Positions 1 to 11,885 of a stretch of 64,000 nt of DNA are shown one piece after another. The stretch is from Marsupella aquatica (taxonomy: Eukaryota; Plantae; Marchantiophyta): positions 2,625,455-2,689,454 of the forward strand of contig OZ316899.1 of NCBI GenBank assembly GCA_973895155.1, written 5' to 3'. A model generated the notes under the pieces. It saw only the letters and a list, made by a program, of their open reading frames with translations. It was not told the DNA's origin and did not search any database. Position 1 is the stretch's first letter, and every line of letters starts with the position of its first letter. A program made the position numbers and the translations under genes.

Positions 1-152
1 TATGATCTCTTAAGAAATGGAGCAGCGTGGTCCACAGAGCCTGCTGTGAACCAAGAGGTCTTCTGTGTGGATAGTGGTAAGCTTTGTACCATCGTTGGTA
101 CATTTAGACATTCTGACTGTATGTAGGGTATGAGGGGCTTGGCTTTGAAGAC

Positions 153-2604
153 TTGACTTGTGAGAAGTGTTTTAGCATTACCACAGAAGAGGACTTTAGA
201 GCACGAGTGCATAGAGAGTTCAAGGCGCCTGAGAAAAGAGGGACAAGAGGGACTGGTAAGGGTCATCGGATAGGTTACTTAACAGTTCCTGAGCTGCACA
301 TTCAAGCTGGAACATACAAGAAACAGATCTTGACTATGCAGAGAACAGAGAGAATGCTTTTACATAAAGTGCTAATGATGAAGAGTTGGGTCCCGAGTAT
401 CAGTGAAGTGTGTCTTCACTATCAAGAGCCAAATAAAATGATAGTATTCAAGTTTTGCCAATCCATAGTTTTGGCACATAAAAATGGTGCATTCGGTGGA
501 AGAGGTGCTCTATGGGATTTGTTATCAGACATAGCTTCTAACCTAAACAAGAGCAAGGAGGGATATAGGTTTAAGCCAGGAACAAAGCTTTTGTGCCAGA
601 CACTATTCTTGCATGGTGGTCGGTGCGTTGTTGATTGCCTCACGAGTAATGGAATAGGCCCTAGTCTAAACACCCTGCAACGCGACAAGCAAGGTATGAT
701 AATATTTTGAGTTGGTGTCCATGCTGAGCAGTTCCAATTTATTGCTGAGGTGTACTCACAAATCAAAACTCGACTGAACATATCAGGGCCTATTCCCTGC
801 TATTTGGCAGAGGACAAAACCTGTGTAAAGCGAACAGTCAGGTGCTTTGTTCTTCCTTTCTCTCTTGGGTAATGAAGGTCTGCCATTCTGTCATTTGAAA
901 TTGCAGAGTTATGTGTGAGCACTGAATGTAAGGGCACTTCTGCCGTTGCTTGCAGATGGTTGCCAAAACATGATACACTCATTGGGTTTTGTGGTCGCAA
1001 AGTCAACCATGAATGTAAGGTCGGCCTGGAGATACCAGTGGGGGAGGGAGAAGGTGGCTTCAACAACATTGTTGAAGCTTTGGGTAATTCCGTTGTAGGG
1101 CATCAGGCAAGGTGTATCATAGTGATTCCCCTGGCTGAAGGGTTTCCTCACTTGTGTGTTGTGGCCAGTACGACATGCAATACGTTTGATGATGCTTTGG
1201 TTAGAAGTGGGTGGGTGGAAGTAGAGGACTTGTGGACTACTCATTGCCTTGAGAAAGTGGGTCCTATCTTGGGGCATGCAAGTGATGGAGATTCTCGAAG
1301 GAGGAAGCTCATGTTGCAGGATTATGTAGGGAGAGGGATAGCAGGCCCAAGGCAGAACCTCAGGTGGGAAGGCTGGCAATTGACACATTCGATGACCACT
1401 AATACACCATTAATTCACGCTGTGGGGCTACACGATCAAGATTATATCCACAATGGGAAGAAGCTAGTGAATCCATTGGATTCTACTTCTAGGACTTTGA
1501 AGTTAGGATCACAAATGGCAAATTTGAGTCACTTAATACACCTAGAGGAGTTATATGATGTAAGTGAGCATGGTCTGAATAAGGTTGACATAAAACAGAC
1601 TGATAGGCAAAACTGGGCTAGTGCACAACGGCTCTGTAGCCAGAAAGTGAGTCAGACACTAAGGGCATTGCGGATGCGCTTGGATGCAAGAATAGAGCTC
1701 ACTCTTGGGACAGAGGTTTACACACAAATATGTGCAGATTATTTGGACATATTCTGAATACTAGACTCACTTTGCGAGCAGATTGTGTTGTGTGCAAAAG
1801 TGGGCTTCTTTCTAAGGCTTTGGCATCTGTGGTGTTTCCATGGGAACCAGGCAGTGGGGGGAAACACTCAACGGATAACTTTTTCCAAAAATTGCATACC
1901 CATGCAGACTTTCCTTGACATTCAAATGTTTGTTCATTTTGTAGTCCTCTTGATAATCCAGTTTAGGGATGATTTTAGACATCTTGCAGTGCCTACATAC
2001 CTGACAGGGTCAGATGCTTGCGAACAGTTCTTCTCCAAGGTAGGAGGCATGAGGGGGAATGAGCGAAGCTATGACATAGCAGAATTAGTGGACTGTGCTA
2101 CAAATCTGAACCGATTGGTTGCGATGGATCTGGCTGAGGGAATGATGGGGGCTGGGAAGAGCCATAAGAAACACTCAACCATCTGGATGGATCTTCATCC
2201 GGTAGCCAATCATAGGGAGGCAGATCAAATGAATTATACAGGAATCGAGACTAATGTAGAAGTCGTGAATGCTCTACAGGAGGGCTTTGTATTGGCCCAA
2301 GGTGCTGCAATTGAGTTAGAGATGAATCCCTCCACATCTTGCAGGGACCAGGTCTGGTGGAAAACTCCCTGGAAGATTGAAGCAAAAGGGGTAAAGTTTG
2401 GTGGATGGTGTGATATCAATGACTGTGGATACTTTGGTATCTTCTTTGGATGATTCTTTGGGTCCACAATTGAGTGTAGTGGTTGCAAATGAAGGTGAAT
2501 CATCCGTTGCTGTTGTGAACAAGGGTGTAGTAGTTGCACAGGAAGGTGCATTACCTTGTGCTCCTATGGAAGAGGAGGCTATTCCTGACGTCTTTACTGG
2601 TTAG
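153..2604 (+). pseudogene. P-element/THAP9-like DDE transposase, nonsense-disrupted, intron 842-955
   Basis: Motifs in P-family order: GPSLNTLQR, YLAEDKT (D1), GHASDGDSRRR (D2), DQDYIHNGKKLVN (D-x2-H), DRQNWASAQRL, TGSDACEQFFSKVGG (E). Splicing GT842..AG955 gives VR|WLPKHDTLIGFCG. In-frame TGA at 708, 1755 and 2451. Confidence 0.7.
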
Positions 2605-2845
2605 GACATAGAGGTAGTGTGTGCTCAGGTGTCCGCTACTATGAACATTCTGCATTCTGACTTGCTGTATGGGGCAGCAAGAAAGGATGTGAAACCAACT
2701 GTAAGTTACCAAGATCGACACATCTACAAGAGCACATTGGTTAGTCAGTTGGGAACCCTCATCTTAGTAAGTCGCTTGACCCGTGTACGATAGAGTATTT
2801 ACTTCAACAATTTAGTGGACAAACATTCGGGAAGGTGTTCAAACT

Positions 2846-3367
2846 ATGTTCATGACGGTAGGCAATGACTGTGGAGTGTTTTTTCTTGATGAAAGTGAGC
2901 AGATGACTAGGACCACCAGGAACACAGTGGCATTATCACGAGGTAATAAAGGGAAGGGAAAAGGAAAGAGGTTGGCAGAGCCAAGCAGTCAAACATCAAA
3001 GACGCCAAGAGGAGAACTTGTACAGGTTTCTTCTATTTCCAGGGGAAAGTATGTTTGGTGGATTGGGAGAGTGCAAAGCATCCATGGAAAATATGGGAAT
3101 CATTTAGCCAGGTCTAGGGAAGCATTAGATTTACTTGATAGGCCTAGTGCCAAAGACTGTTGTCAAGTGGTTTTCAATTGGTTTACTCTGATTGGGAGCA
3201 ATAAGCACAAATTTGCCTACAATATGGTAGATCCACACTCCATTGACCTGGATTGTGTGATGTTAACAGTGAATTTTACAGTTGATCTACTATACCCAAC
3301 AGTCTTCAAGTTGCATCCAGATGATGTAACTACTCTGGACAATTTTGTCACAAACAAGATTGTGTAA
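2846..3367 (+). CDS. Probable C-terminal exon of the P-like transposase, or a linked ORF
   Basis: 173-codon open frame, same strand and composition, with a basic KGKGKGKR stretch; no domain recognised. Confidence 0.4.
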   Translation: MFMTVGNDCGVFFLDESEQMTRTTRNTVALSRGNKGKGKGKRLAEPSSQTSKTPRGELVQVSSISRGKYVWWIGRVQSIHGKYGNHLARSREALDLLDRPSAKDCCQVVFNWFTLIGSNKHKFAYNMVDPHSIDLDCVMLTVNFTVDLLYPTVFKLHPDDVTTLDNFVTNKIV

Positions 3368-3428
3368 TTTTGATCATTAGGGTAAGGCTACACCAAAGTG
3401 TATATCATCTGATGGTTACATACTTAGT

Positions 3429-4184
3429 GTGAGCTTGCTTTACATACCTGGTTTTAAATGTAGTATGACTAGTATATATTGCGATTGTACTCGTAATTCA
3501 AACTCTGATATTCCTACTGCTATTGATATGTGCTTCCTTGGTCTATTGTTGGATCAGTTTGATTTGCTTGCTAGAATGGCTTCTAACAGGTACATGATTG
3601 CTACTTGCAATAATTGCTTGGAGCCTGTGGTCGGGCCTGTGGATTCAATTCTAAGTCAAGTGGCAACAACAAAAGATCCTCAATTGCATAGGATCGATGA
3701 TGAAGCAAAATGGAGCTACATGGAGAATGACATGCAGATGGACGTGCATACAAATGGATCCTGTGGGCTTCTTCTTAGCCCAATCGGGAGTCCAATACAT
3801 GGGTGTGGAGGTGAACATGTTGTCTCAGATGAGGTTTGTGTATCAGAAGTGGCAGGTGTGGAGGCCCCAGTGGAGGCGAGACTAGAAGGGTTCTTTAAAA
3901 TTGTTCTTGGTTTGGATTCCAATTTCATAACTAGTGTTGTACCAACACACTTCCTGCAACAACTATTTTGGCGAGCTGGATTGCCTCCTGGGTGGCCTGC
4001 AATCTGCTGTCCTACAAACTCGCCTACAAATGATGATGAGGATGGGGATGAGGATGATTTTGATGAGATTCTTTTCAATTTGTCTAATGATAGTTCTGTA
4101 GCCCATTCTGTAGTTGGGGGACACCCACTGGATACTTTAGTGTCCCAAGTGAGTCCTTCTGTTAGTACCTACACCTGCACCTAG
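3429..4184 (+). CDS. Unknown ORF with acidic patch inside the P-like element
   Basis: 251-codon open frame (TTG start in the ORF track) with a DDEDGDEDDFDE tract; no family recognised. Confidence 0.35.
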   Translation: MSLLYIPGFKCSMTSIYCDCTRNSNSDIPTAIDMCFLGLLLDQFDLLARMASNRYMIATCNNCLEPVVGPVDSILSQVATTKDPQLHRIDDEAKWSYMENDMQMDVHTNGSCGLLLSPIGSPIHGCGGEHVVSDEVCVSEVAGVEAPVEARLEGFFKIVLGLDSNFITSVVPTHFLQQLFWRAGLPPGWPAICCPTNSPTNDDEDGDEDDFDEILFNLSNDSSVAHSVVGGHPLDTLVSQVSPSVSTYTCT

Positions 4185-4679
4185 ATTAGTTGTATCTTAG
4201 CTTGATTCTCTGGTTTGTAATCCGGTTTGTAATAGTCTTTCTAGGCCAATGTAGTGTGCAGGCCCTGTGCAGGCCCTGTGCAGGTAGTGCCCATGCTTGT
4301 GGGGATGTTGCTACTTCCCACCTATCTTGCCTAGTCTTGCCTATACCAATTTAGCCAAACTGATAAAACATATATAAATTGTATGCATTATTGTATACCC
4401 CATTGGGGTCCCGCTGTAAGCATCATCATTTTGAAAACTTGTGTATCTTGTAAGTTAGCCCTATCTTGGGGTTTTCTACTTATAATTCCTGAATGGGTTT
4501 TTAAATATATATTTTGTCTGTTTTATAATTCACTTAAGGGTGCCAAAAATGATCATAAAGTAAATTTTTAGATATAATAAGGGTAATGTAAATGAGGGAA
4601 AAAATACTAAGAAGGGGTAGGCAAGGGGACTCCGGTTGCAAGGGGGTTCACTTAATATACATAGACTGAGAGCCCAGGG

Positions 4680-5520
4680 AGTGGGCATTTCCAAGATGGA
4701 TACCACCTTGGCCCAGTGAGCCATGGTTCCATTTGGAAGAATGCGATGCCCAAGATATACTACTGATCTGACAGCAAATTCACACTTCTTGGGGTGTATC
4801 TTTAGGTTCACCTTCTTAAGCCTCATGAATAGCTCCTCAGGGTCAAGTAGATGCTGGTCAAAACCTTTGCTGTGGACCAACACATCATCAATGTAGCATT
4901 TTAGAAACTCAGCACCTTGAAGAACCTGGTCCATGACTCTTTGAAAGAATATGGGTGCATTCTTCAAGCCAAAATGGCATCACCAACCACTCCCATAGTT
5001 GGTTACTACCTTGGAAAGCTGTTTTCTTGCGGTCCTTTGCAAGCAGCAAAATCTGGTTAAAGCCTTGCCTTAAATCCACAAGAGTGAAGATGTCTGAGTC
5101 TCCAATGCTGTCAAATAGCTCCTCTGGCCGTGGCATGGGATACCTATCTTGGGGTGTGACCAGGTTCAGTGGCCTGTAATCCCCACACATGCGCTTCTCT
5201 ATCCACAATCCACTGGAATCCTTCTTTGCTGGCATCACTGTAGCTGCTGCAAAATCTGATGTAGATGGCTGAATAAGACCAACTTCATAGAGCTCTTGGC
5301 ACCTCTCATCCACCAGCTGCCACTCATGCTTACTCACACGGTGTCTCCGCCTGAAGATAGGTGTTTCATCAGCCAACTCAATGGAGAACTGCATAGTCTT
5401 GCACTTACCCAAGTCCTTCATAGAGAAAGCAAACACGTTCTCATGCTTGAGGAGCAAATTCAGCAGCTGGTCCTTCTGTCTTTTACTAAGGTGGTTGCCC
5501 ATGATGAATGCGTAGTTGGC
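4680..5520 (-). pseudogene. Ty3/gypsy reverse transcriptase
   Basis: KRMCGDYRPLN, DRYPMP, VDLRQGFNQI, VMPF(fs)LKNAPIFFQRVM, CYIDDVLVHS, KCEF, YLGH; frameshift near 4970. Confidence 0.95.
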
Positions 5521-5859
5521 AACACTAGGAATAGGACCTAGCGTACTTGTGCTTGAAGAACCAGAAGTGCTAGCCTCTTCAATGTCCAAGCTGCTAGCAT
5601 GCTGCTGATAAGGTGATGAGGCCTCTCCAAGGCCTGTTGTACCTGCTGATCTGAATTTCTCCACACCATGAACTCAGAAATAATGTCAGCCACATTACAA
5701 GGGACCTCTTCCCCCCCAACACTTGGACTAAAGCGGTGAGTGTTGAATAGAGGTAAGTGCACCTGGTCTGGATGCCATGTAGCAACACCATGGAGTGGTA
5801 AGGCTGGAACTCCTGATTCTAGATGAATGTACATCTGAAAAAGGATGCAAGTGACTAGA

Positions 5860-6880
5860 AGCCAAGTGAGAGCATTAAGATCCATTACCCTACCAAGTAA
5901 AGCATTCTTGGCCAGCCTGGTGATCTTGGTGTGACCTGTAGTACCGGGTTGGAAGCCCATAGCCCGTTCTCTCTCCTCAAGACTAGGTTCATCCCATGTA
6001 CCGGTAGAATGTCAATAAACCTGGCCAGGACCATCACCCTGAAAAGCATGTGCACCTGGAAAGGACACAAATGTAGGCCAAGCAGCACGGGGCTGTCCAA
6101 TGGTATTGGCTGGATACCAAGGTGTTGACTCTTGTCGTGTAACTGGTTGGCAAGAACTATCAGGATCCAAAATCTGGTCCACTATGAGGTTAGTGTCCTG
6201 AGATGTGTGGTGAAGAGCTAACTCTAGCAAGGAAGGTGGTGCAAGGTTAGTCCAAAAGTTACAAAGACGATGTGCATAAGAACCACAGTGCACTGCATCA
6301 ATGAGAAGGGGTGGTCCCAAGTAGTGCTCAACCACACTGAAATCCTCTTTGACCTATGGACGCTGGTCAAACTGAGATGGAGTATTCTCAATGATATAAC
6401 CAACAGTAGGGTAAAGGGATTGAGCCTAGGTGAGAACCTAAACCAATGCTGTGAAAAGGCCAGAACAAGAATCATGCAGTCCAGCACCGTGACCAATAGT
6501 TGAAACCCCTTGGCATTCCCAACCAACTATGATCAAATCAAGGGAACCAAGAAGGGTTAAGTGTCAATGCTGGACAAGCTGGATATCTGGACGGAAGAAA
6601 GAAAATGCAGACTTTCATGCACTGTTTGGAAACTGCTGGGGAAATCGCTCTAAAAATTCCAGCAGACGGGAGTCAGCCACTTGCCTTGCACCTGGATCAA
6701 TCTCCACGTAGATGTACTGCTTCACCACCATGCCGGACTGTAGGAGAGCTTCCAGGCTTGTAGAAATGCCACCAAAAATCTCAAGCAATGTAAGGCCATC
6801 CGGAGGAGGAGTCCATGTAACTAGTGCGTTCAAGATTGGGGCTACTGGTTGTCCATTGTGCTGCCCAAGGCCGTCAAACA
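5860..6880 (-). pseudogene. DNMT3-like C5 cytosine methyltransferase domain inside pol
   Basis: One frame: LEIFGGIS (I), YVEIDP (II), PDIQLV (III), DLIIVGWECQGVS (IV), YIIENT (VI), DAVHCGSYAHRLCNFWTNL (VIII), ERERAMGFQPGTT (IX), LLGRVMDLNAL (X). Interrupted only by TGA/TAG codons. Confidence 0.9.
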
Positions 6881-7089
6881 TGCGCAATGCAACCACCAAA
6901 GGTCCATGGGCTGCCTGGAACCGTTGTAACACCTTTGGTTGATGATCCACGTTGCTGGAAAAGTGCTGCTATACGTGGAGCAGCATGTGCAGCAGCCACC
7001 TCATTGTCATCCTCCTCAATTCAATCCTACAATGGGTGGTTGATATAGGCAACTGTGTGCGCTTCTTTCAACACAAAATGATGAGCCAT

Positions 7090-7480
7090 GGGTGTATGGG
7101 CACCATGTAGATCAAGGGGAGTGTAGCCCAAGTGTGAGCCATCAGTATGCCAATCAACTTTGTACTATGCATGCTCATGCCAATTGTCAATGGTGAAACC
7201 TGGTGGGAACAAAGCCTCCTGGCCAATGAGTACATCATATGTAGTGGCATTTGTAACCAAGCATATGACTGGGAAATGAAGCTCCTGATCTATACCTCAA
7301 TTAAAAGTGAGGATGAGTAAAGTAGAACTCTCACCCAACACGTCCTCCATAGTGCCACTAGCAGTCCAAATGTGCCACCTGGATTGCTATAAATGATCAG
7401 TCAGTAGTCCCATCTTCTTGGCAAACTGAATGCCCAAGATCACTGGTTGAGTGCTTGTGTCTAGCATGACCACCTGAGGA
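7090..7480 (-). pseudogene. Retropepsin (aspartic protease)
   Basis: My translation: VVMLDTSTQPVILG...TYDVLIGQEALF; DTS is at the catalytic DTG position; three internal stops. Confidence 0.8.
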
Positions 7481-8459
7481 GTGTGACCCCTCCAACTTGA
7501 CTATTGAATTCCTATTGTCAACAATGGCAATGGTGGTGGAAACTAAAGTCCTGTCACTAGGCACCACTTTTGGCATATGATGAGGTACCTTGTGAAGGGA
7601 GTTAGTGTCCACGGTATGTCTTCCCACTCAACAACATAGCCAGGAAAGATGGAGTAGCATGACCAAAATCAAGTGTAGCTCTGGTCACACAATCTACAGC
7701 AATACTGTCATCTCTACCACTGGAAATTGGTACAGGGATAGCCAAACCAGTGGAAGCATGTAATGGAGAAGAAGAAGGTCCAGTATGTACATGAGATTGG
7801 ACCTCCAAAACCAGTGTCATAGGGGCTGATGAAGAATGCAATGAGCCTGCTAGCGCTCTGATGACAGCTCTAGCATCCAGCCGTAAATCATGGCAACTGA
7901 AAAGTGGAGTTGTAAGAATTCTTTGTGCCATACCGGAGGTGAAATGCTCAAGCAACTCAGGAGAAACAACTCCCTATGAAATGTTAGCAGCACCTGGTGG
8001 TGGAATGGATGTAGCTGCAGCTCCCTCCCCCCTCACCAACAAGGTGCGCTCTTCAACAAGTCTGAGTGGCTAAAAAGATTGGGGCATGACAACCCAAGCT
8101 CCCCTAGCTCTAGTCATAGGACCAGCAGCAAGACCATCAGCCTGTACAATGCGGCGTGTGGGAGTAGTACGGGAGGCAGCACTGGCCTGCTGGTAAGCAA
8201 AATAGGATGGGGAGAGTGAATCTGAAAATTATGTTGTAAGGCCAGGCTGTATAGCAGTGGACAGCACACACTCACCCATATGAGCATCAAATGGCAAGCC
8301 ATAGAAAGAGCGGGGTAGAGGTGTTGAACTGTCAGTGGTTCCTAGGCCAGGGATGGGTTGCACGTGACCAGCCGGTTGAGAAGGACCAGAAGAGGCAGTT
8401 GACTTGCCTTTGATGTTGGCAAGTTGGGCACGTAAGGACTCAACCTCATGAGTTAGAGA

Positions 8460-9797
8460 CTAGAGTTGAGTTGCTTGTGCGTTGTGAGCCTCCTTTTGAG
8501 CTGGTTGCTTCTGTTGCTGCTTGGGCAATTTGTTAGCACCGGGTGCTTTGCCACTGGAAGGAGAAGCAATTGAGGCAATAGGAGCCCTCCTAGCTGGTGG
8601 GGGAGTGGAAGCAGGAGCAGGATGAGTGGCTTGCTGTTGTAGTTGCTTCCTCTCTAGGAATTTGGCAAAACAAACTGCCTCCGAGTGGCCCACTTTCCTG
8701 CAAAAATCACAAGACATGTCCTCAACAACAATATCATATTCATTAGCCTTGTGATCAGGGTTATCACAGTAGTTGCAAGATGGCAGCATGAAAGCAACAT
8801 GAGCTGGCTTGGTCTTGGAACCATACTGTGGCACATGGGAAAGAGTGGTCAATGTAGGGGCAGCAGCCTGGTACCTGGATCACGGTGGACGTGCAATACT
8901 GGCCTCATACTGTGCATGGGCCAACTCAAGTTTCTCAGCAGTGTCATAGACAGTGAGCAATGTGTAGCTGTCTCCAAACTCTGAAAATACTTGCTGCAAC
9001 ACTTGCGAATGGAGAGCTGGTGTGCCCTCCAATGCACAAAGATAGCAATGAGCAGCCTCCAGGTCAGTGATGCTCTGGGTGTCCTCCTTCAGCTTGAGAA
9101 GCCGACGATACATCATCTTCAATGTTTCATCGCACTGCCTCACAAAGGTGGCCAACTGCATGATTTTGTCAGCCCTATTGATTGGGAATTCCAATTCAAG
9201 AACCTGGAAAAACTCAACCACTAGATCAACAAAGGCAGGGGAATCAATGGTGGGAAAAATGCCCGATATAGCCTGTGCCAAGACAGTGGGAGTAACTGGC
9301 ATAGTTGTAGGAACTAGAGTAGGAGGGGAAGTGGCAGGAGTAGCAGCATGGGCTGCAATGGCATTCTGTAAGGCCAATTGTGAGGCTACCGCAATTGCAC
9401 TGGCATAGGTAGGGTTGGGCAATTGCGTGACAGCAAGCAACCGTTGAGAGTGCTGCTCACATCCAAAGCCTCATGGTGCACATACCTGGCTAGTTGCTTA
9501 AATACAAATGTATTTGTGAAATTGCTGCCATACTTCAACTCCAATTCGTAAACAACAGTGTAAAAAGTGGATTTGAACTCACGCAAAGAAATAGTGCTTG
9601 GCCGCCCACTGAAGCGCTCAATGCGGCCAGATGAGTGGCTGGCATCCATGCTGTATGTCGGTGAAGCTGGAACAACCATTGATGAAGATGGAGTAAAGGG
9701 TAAAGATGTAATAGCAGGCTTTGGGGTAGTGGTGAAGCGACCGCCAAATGTAGCAGAAGGGTTGCGTGGTGTGGGTGCTGCTGCTATCTGCTGACAT
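8460..9797 (-). pseudogene. gag with two zinc-knuckle-like motifs
   Basis: ERFSGRP..SLREFKSTF..ELELKYG, a helical core, and CNYCDNPDHKANE / CDFCRKVGHSEAVC; frameshifted. Confidence 0.75.
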
Positions 9798-10507
9798 CGT
9801 CAAAATTGTCGAGATTCCAATGAAATTGGCACCAATAGTTGTGGATCACTCTGTAAGTGGTACCGGGGTGTTGGTGGCGGGGAGCTGCTACCTCCCAGCT
9901 TAGCTGACATGTTGTGTGACAGTACCCGATGTACCCAAAATGTGCAAAATGTGTAAAGATTGAGAAAACCCGTCACCGTCAAAAAACCATCAGGGAAAGG
10001 GACCCTTAAAACCTCAAATTGTGTCCCCATCGCGCTTGCCTATGTGTATACATAGGCAATGTCGGATTGTTGTCCCATGTGTATACCACGGGCCCGTAGC
10101 CCTATGCAGATGACCGTCGGCGGCAGCAAAGAAATCCGCAAAGAAACGGCCAAAAAAAATGTGAAAGGGGGGGGCCCTTAAGTGTATACGTCGGCCCTGG
10201 CGTGGACCCAAAAATGGACGGAAGGCGCGCGTCGACGGAAAAGAAAAATCAGGTGGGGACCGGCAACCAAGAAAGTGTGTATACACACTCGGGGGCACCG
10301 TTGTTGCGAGGACAAGAAGTTCGGGGCTCCTCGGGTAAATTGTGCATTTCTGGCTGCGACTGGGACAGGCAACAAGCATTTTTTGGAGCGAACTCTCACT
10401 CCTTTATTATTTTTACTTTTCTCTCAATGGTTACAATGGGTGCCCTCAAGTAAGCTTGCTTGCAAGAGTTTGGTAGCTGATCCTACGGCGAGCCGCTACC
10501 TCTAACT

Positions 10508-11051
10508 TGTCAAACTGAACTCCTCGAGTGACTATTTACTCAAAATCTGATGGAAAAACTCTCCTCCTTAGCTCACAAAACCAAAACTTGACTAGCTACT
10601 CGACTAGTCCTAACAACTCACAAGAAACTCGAGCCTGGATCAACGAGACTCCAAGCTTGAGAACCTACACCGGATCTAACACTTGCACAAAACACCAAAA
10701 TTGCAGCACAACAGTCAAATTCCGCAGAATGCAATGGAACTCATAGAACGGAACACAACAAAACTCAACAGACAACCGCCAACCGCAATGAGCCAAAGCC
10801 CAAGGCTTAAATAGCATCCGAAACCAACCTTCCAGTCTGAGCCAGCTGCCATCAGCAAGGCTCATCCAAACTCCAAGCCCGGTGACTCACCCAAACACGG
10901 AACCTGGTGACGACGAGTCACCCAAACATCAAACCTCAATCCATCCAACCAAGCAACCCCTCCGAGTCAGCATGCATGCAACTGAATAGGGATGCCTCGC
11001 CCATCAGTTCCTATAAAAGCCATTCCTGAGCCAAAATCTTTTGGCATGACA
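10508..11051 (-). repeat. 3' LTR of gypsy fragment A (may extend to ~10430)
   Basis: On the minus strand, polypurine tract GGGGGAGGA (11052-11060) is followed directly by TGTCA at 11051; matching TGACA ends at 10508. Confidence 0.7.
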
Positions 11052-11245
11052 TCCTCCCCCAGTAAACCTGAGCAGCCTCCGGTCTGCTCCAATCCATCAG
11101 ATTTCCTATAAGTCTGAGTCTGAACTCAAGCCATGCGCTTGGACCACTTCCTCCTTAAGAAACTCAAAACCAAAGCCTTCAGACTTGGCCTTAGGCACTC
11201 CACTTTCCAGAAACTCAAAATCCAACTCATCCAAATCAGAACCAG

Positions 11246-11812
11246 TCAAGATCTTTTGAAACTTAAGTCCATCGGATGCGCCTGGACCAGCGCCTCGTCT
11301 TCAAATTCACTCAAGTCGGAACTTGAGTCCATTCCCTTCTCGGTCCTCTTGAAGATCTTCACCCTTTTTCCTGCGTAAGGTACTTGGTGAACCGTTCCAT
11401 CCAACTCCCGAATAGTGTAGGTCGCATTCGCATGAACAACAACCACCACATACAAACCTTGCCACCTCCGAGCAAACTTGTTTCGGCTCAAGTGTTGCTC
11501 GTCCAACTTACTCTCATAAATCAGAACCCAATCCCCTTCCTTAACCAAGACAGGCCTCAACCGATGAGTCCTGTCAAACCTGCCCTTATTCCTTAACCTC
11601 GCCATCTTCAATTGCTTTCGAGCCACCTCAATCTTTGCAGGTAACAAGTTGAAGTGTTCGATCCTTTGAACCAGCAACTCCTCTCTCAAAACTTCATCTT
11701 TCCAACCAATCAGTCGCCAGCTACAAACATTATCCACCGGCCAATTCTCTTTTTGAAACACCTTTGGATTCATCAAGTTGATCTCTGAGCCAGTATCAAT
11801 GAGCGCCCGCAC
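11246..11812 (-). pseudogene. Gypsy fragment A: protease N-terminus fused in frame to the integrase C-terminal tail
   Basis: VRALIDTGSEINLM runs after ~30 aa into RLRNKGRFDRTHRLRP..EGDWVL..RRWQGLYVV..TYTIRELDG; RT, RH and IN core are absent. Confidence 0.8.
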
Positions 11813-11885
11813 TTTGCCTTAGTCGCGGAACTCGACTACCTTAACACTTAGCTCCGGCGTCGCTAACTCCGACGCCGAGCTCCCT

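Larger units (their letters stand above)
1..4668 (+). mobile_element. 3' portion of a P-superfamily-like DNA transposon; left end outside window, right end approximate
   Basis: Contains the P-like transposase. An AT-rich segment (4380-4668) abuts the truncated gypsy RT at ~4670-4680. The candidate terminus (minus strand CAGTCTATGTATATTAAG) and TSD cannot be verified without the left end. Confidence 0.5.
4680..10430 (-). mobile_element. Ty3/gypsy retrotransposon with gag-PR-DNMT-RT order, truncated after RT
   Basis: Gag with knuckles, retropepsin, C5-MTase and gypsy RT in tandem on the minus strand. RT stops at EMPTP (~4680). No RNaseH or integrase in the window. The 5' boundary is approximate. 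Confidence 0.85.

Noticed and set aside
4680-9797. MTase-bearing retroelement as DIRS
   Set aside because: It has a retropepsin and gypsy-type RT, the MTase is C5-type and upstream of RT, and no tyrosine recombinase is seen.
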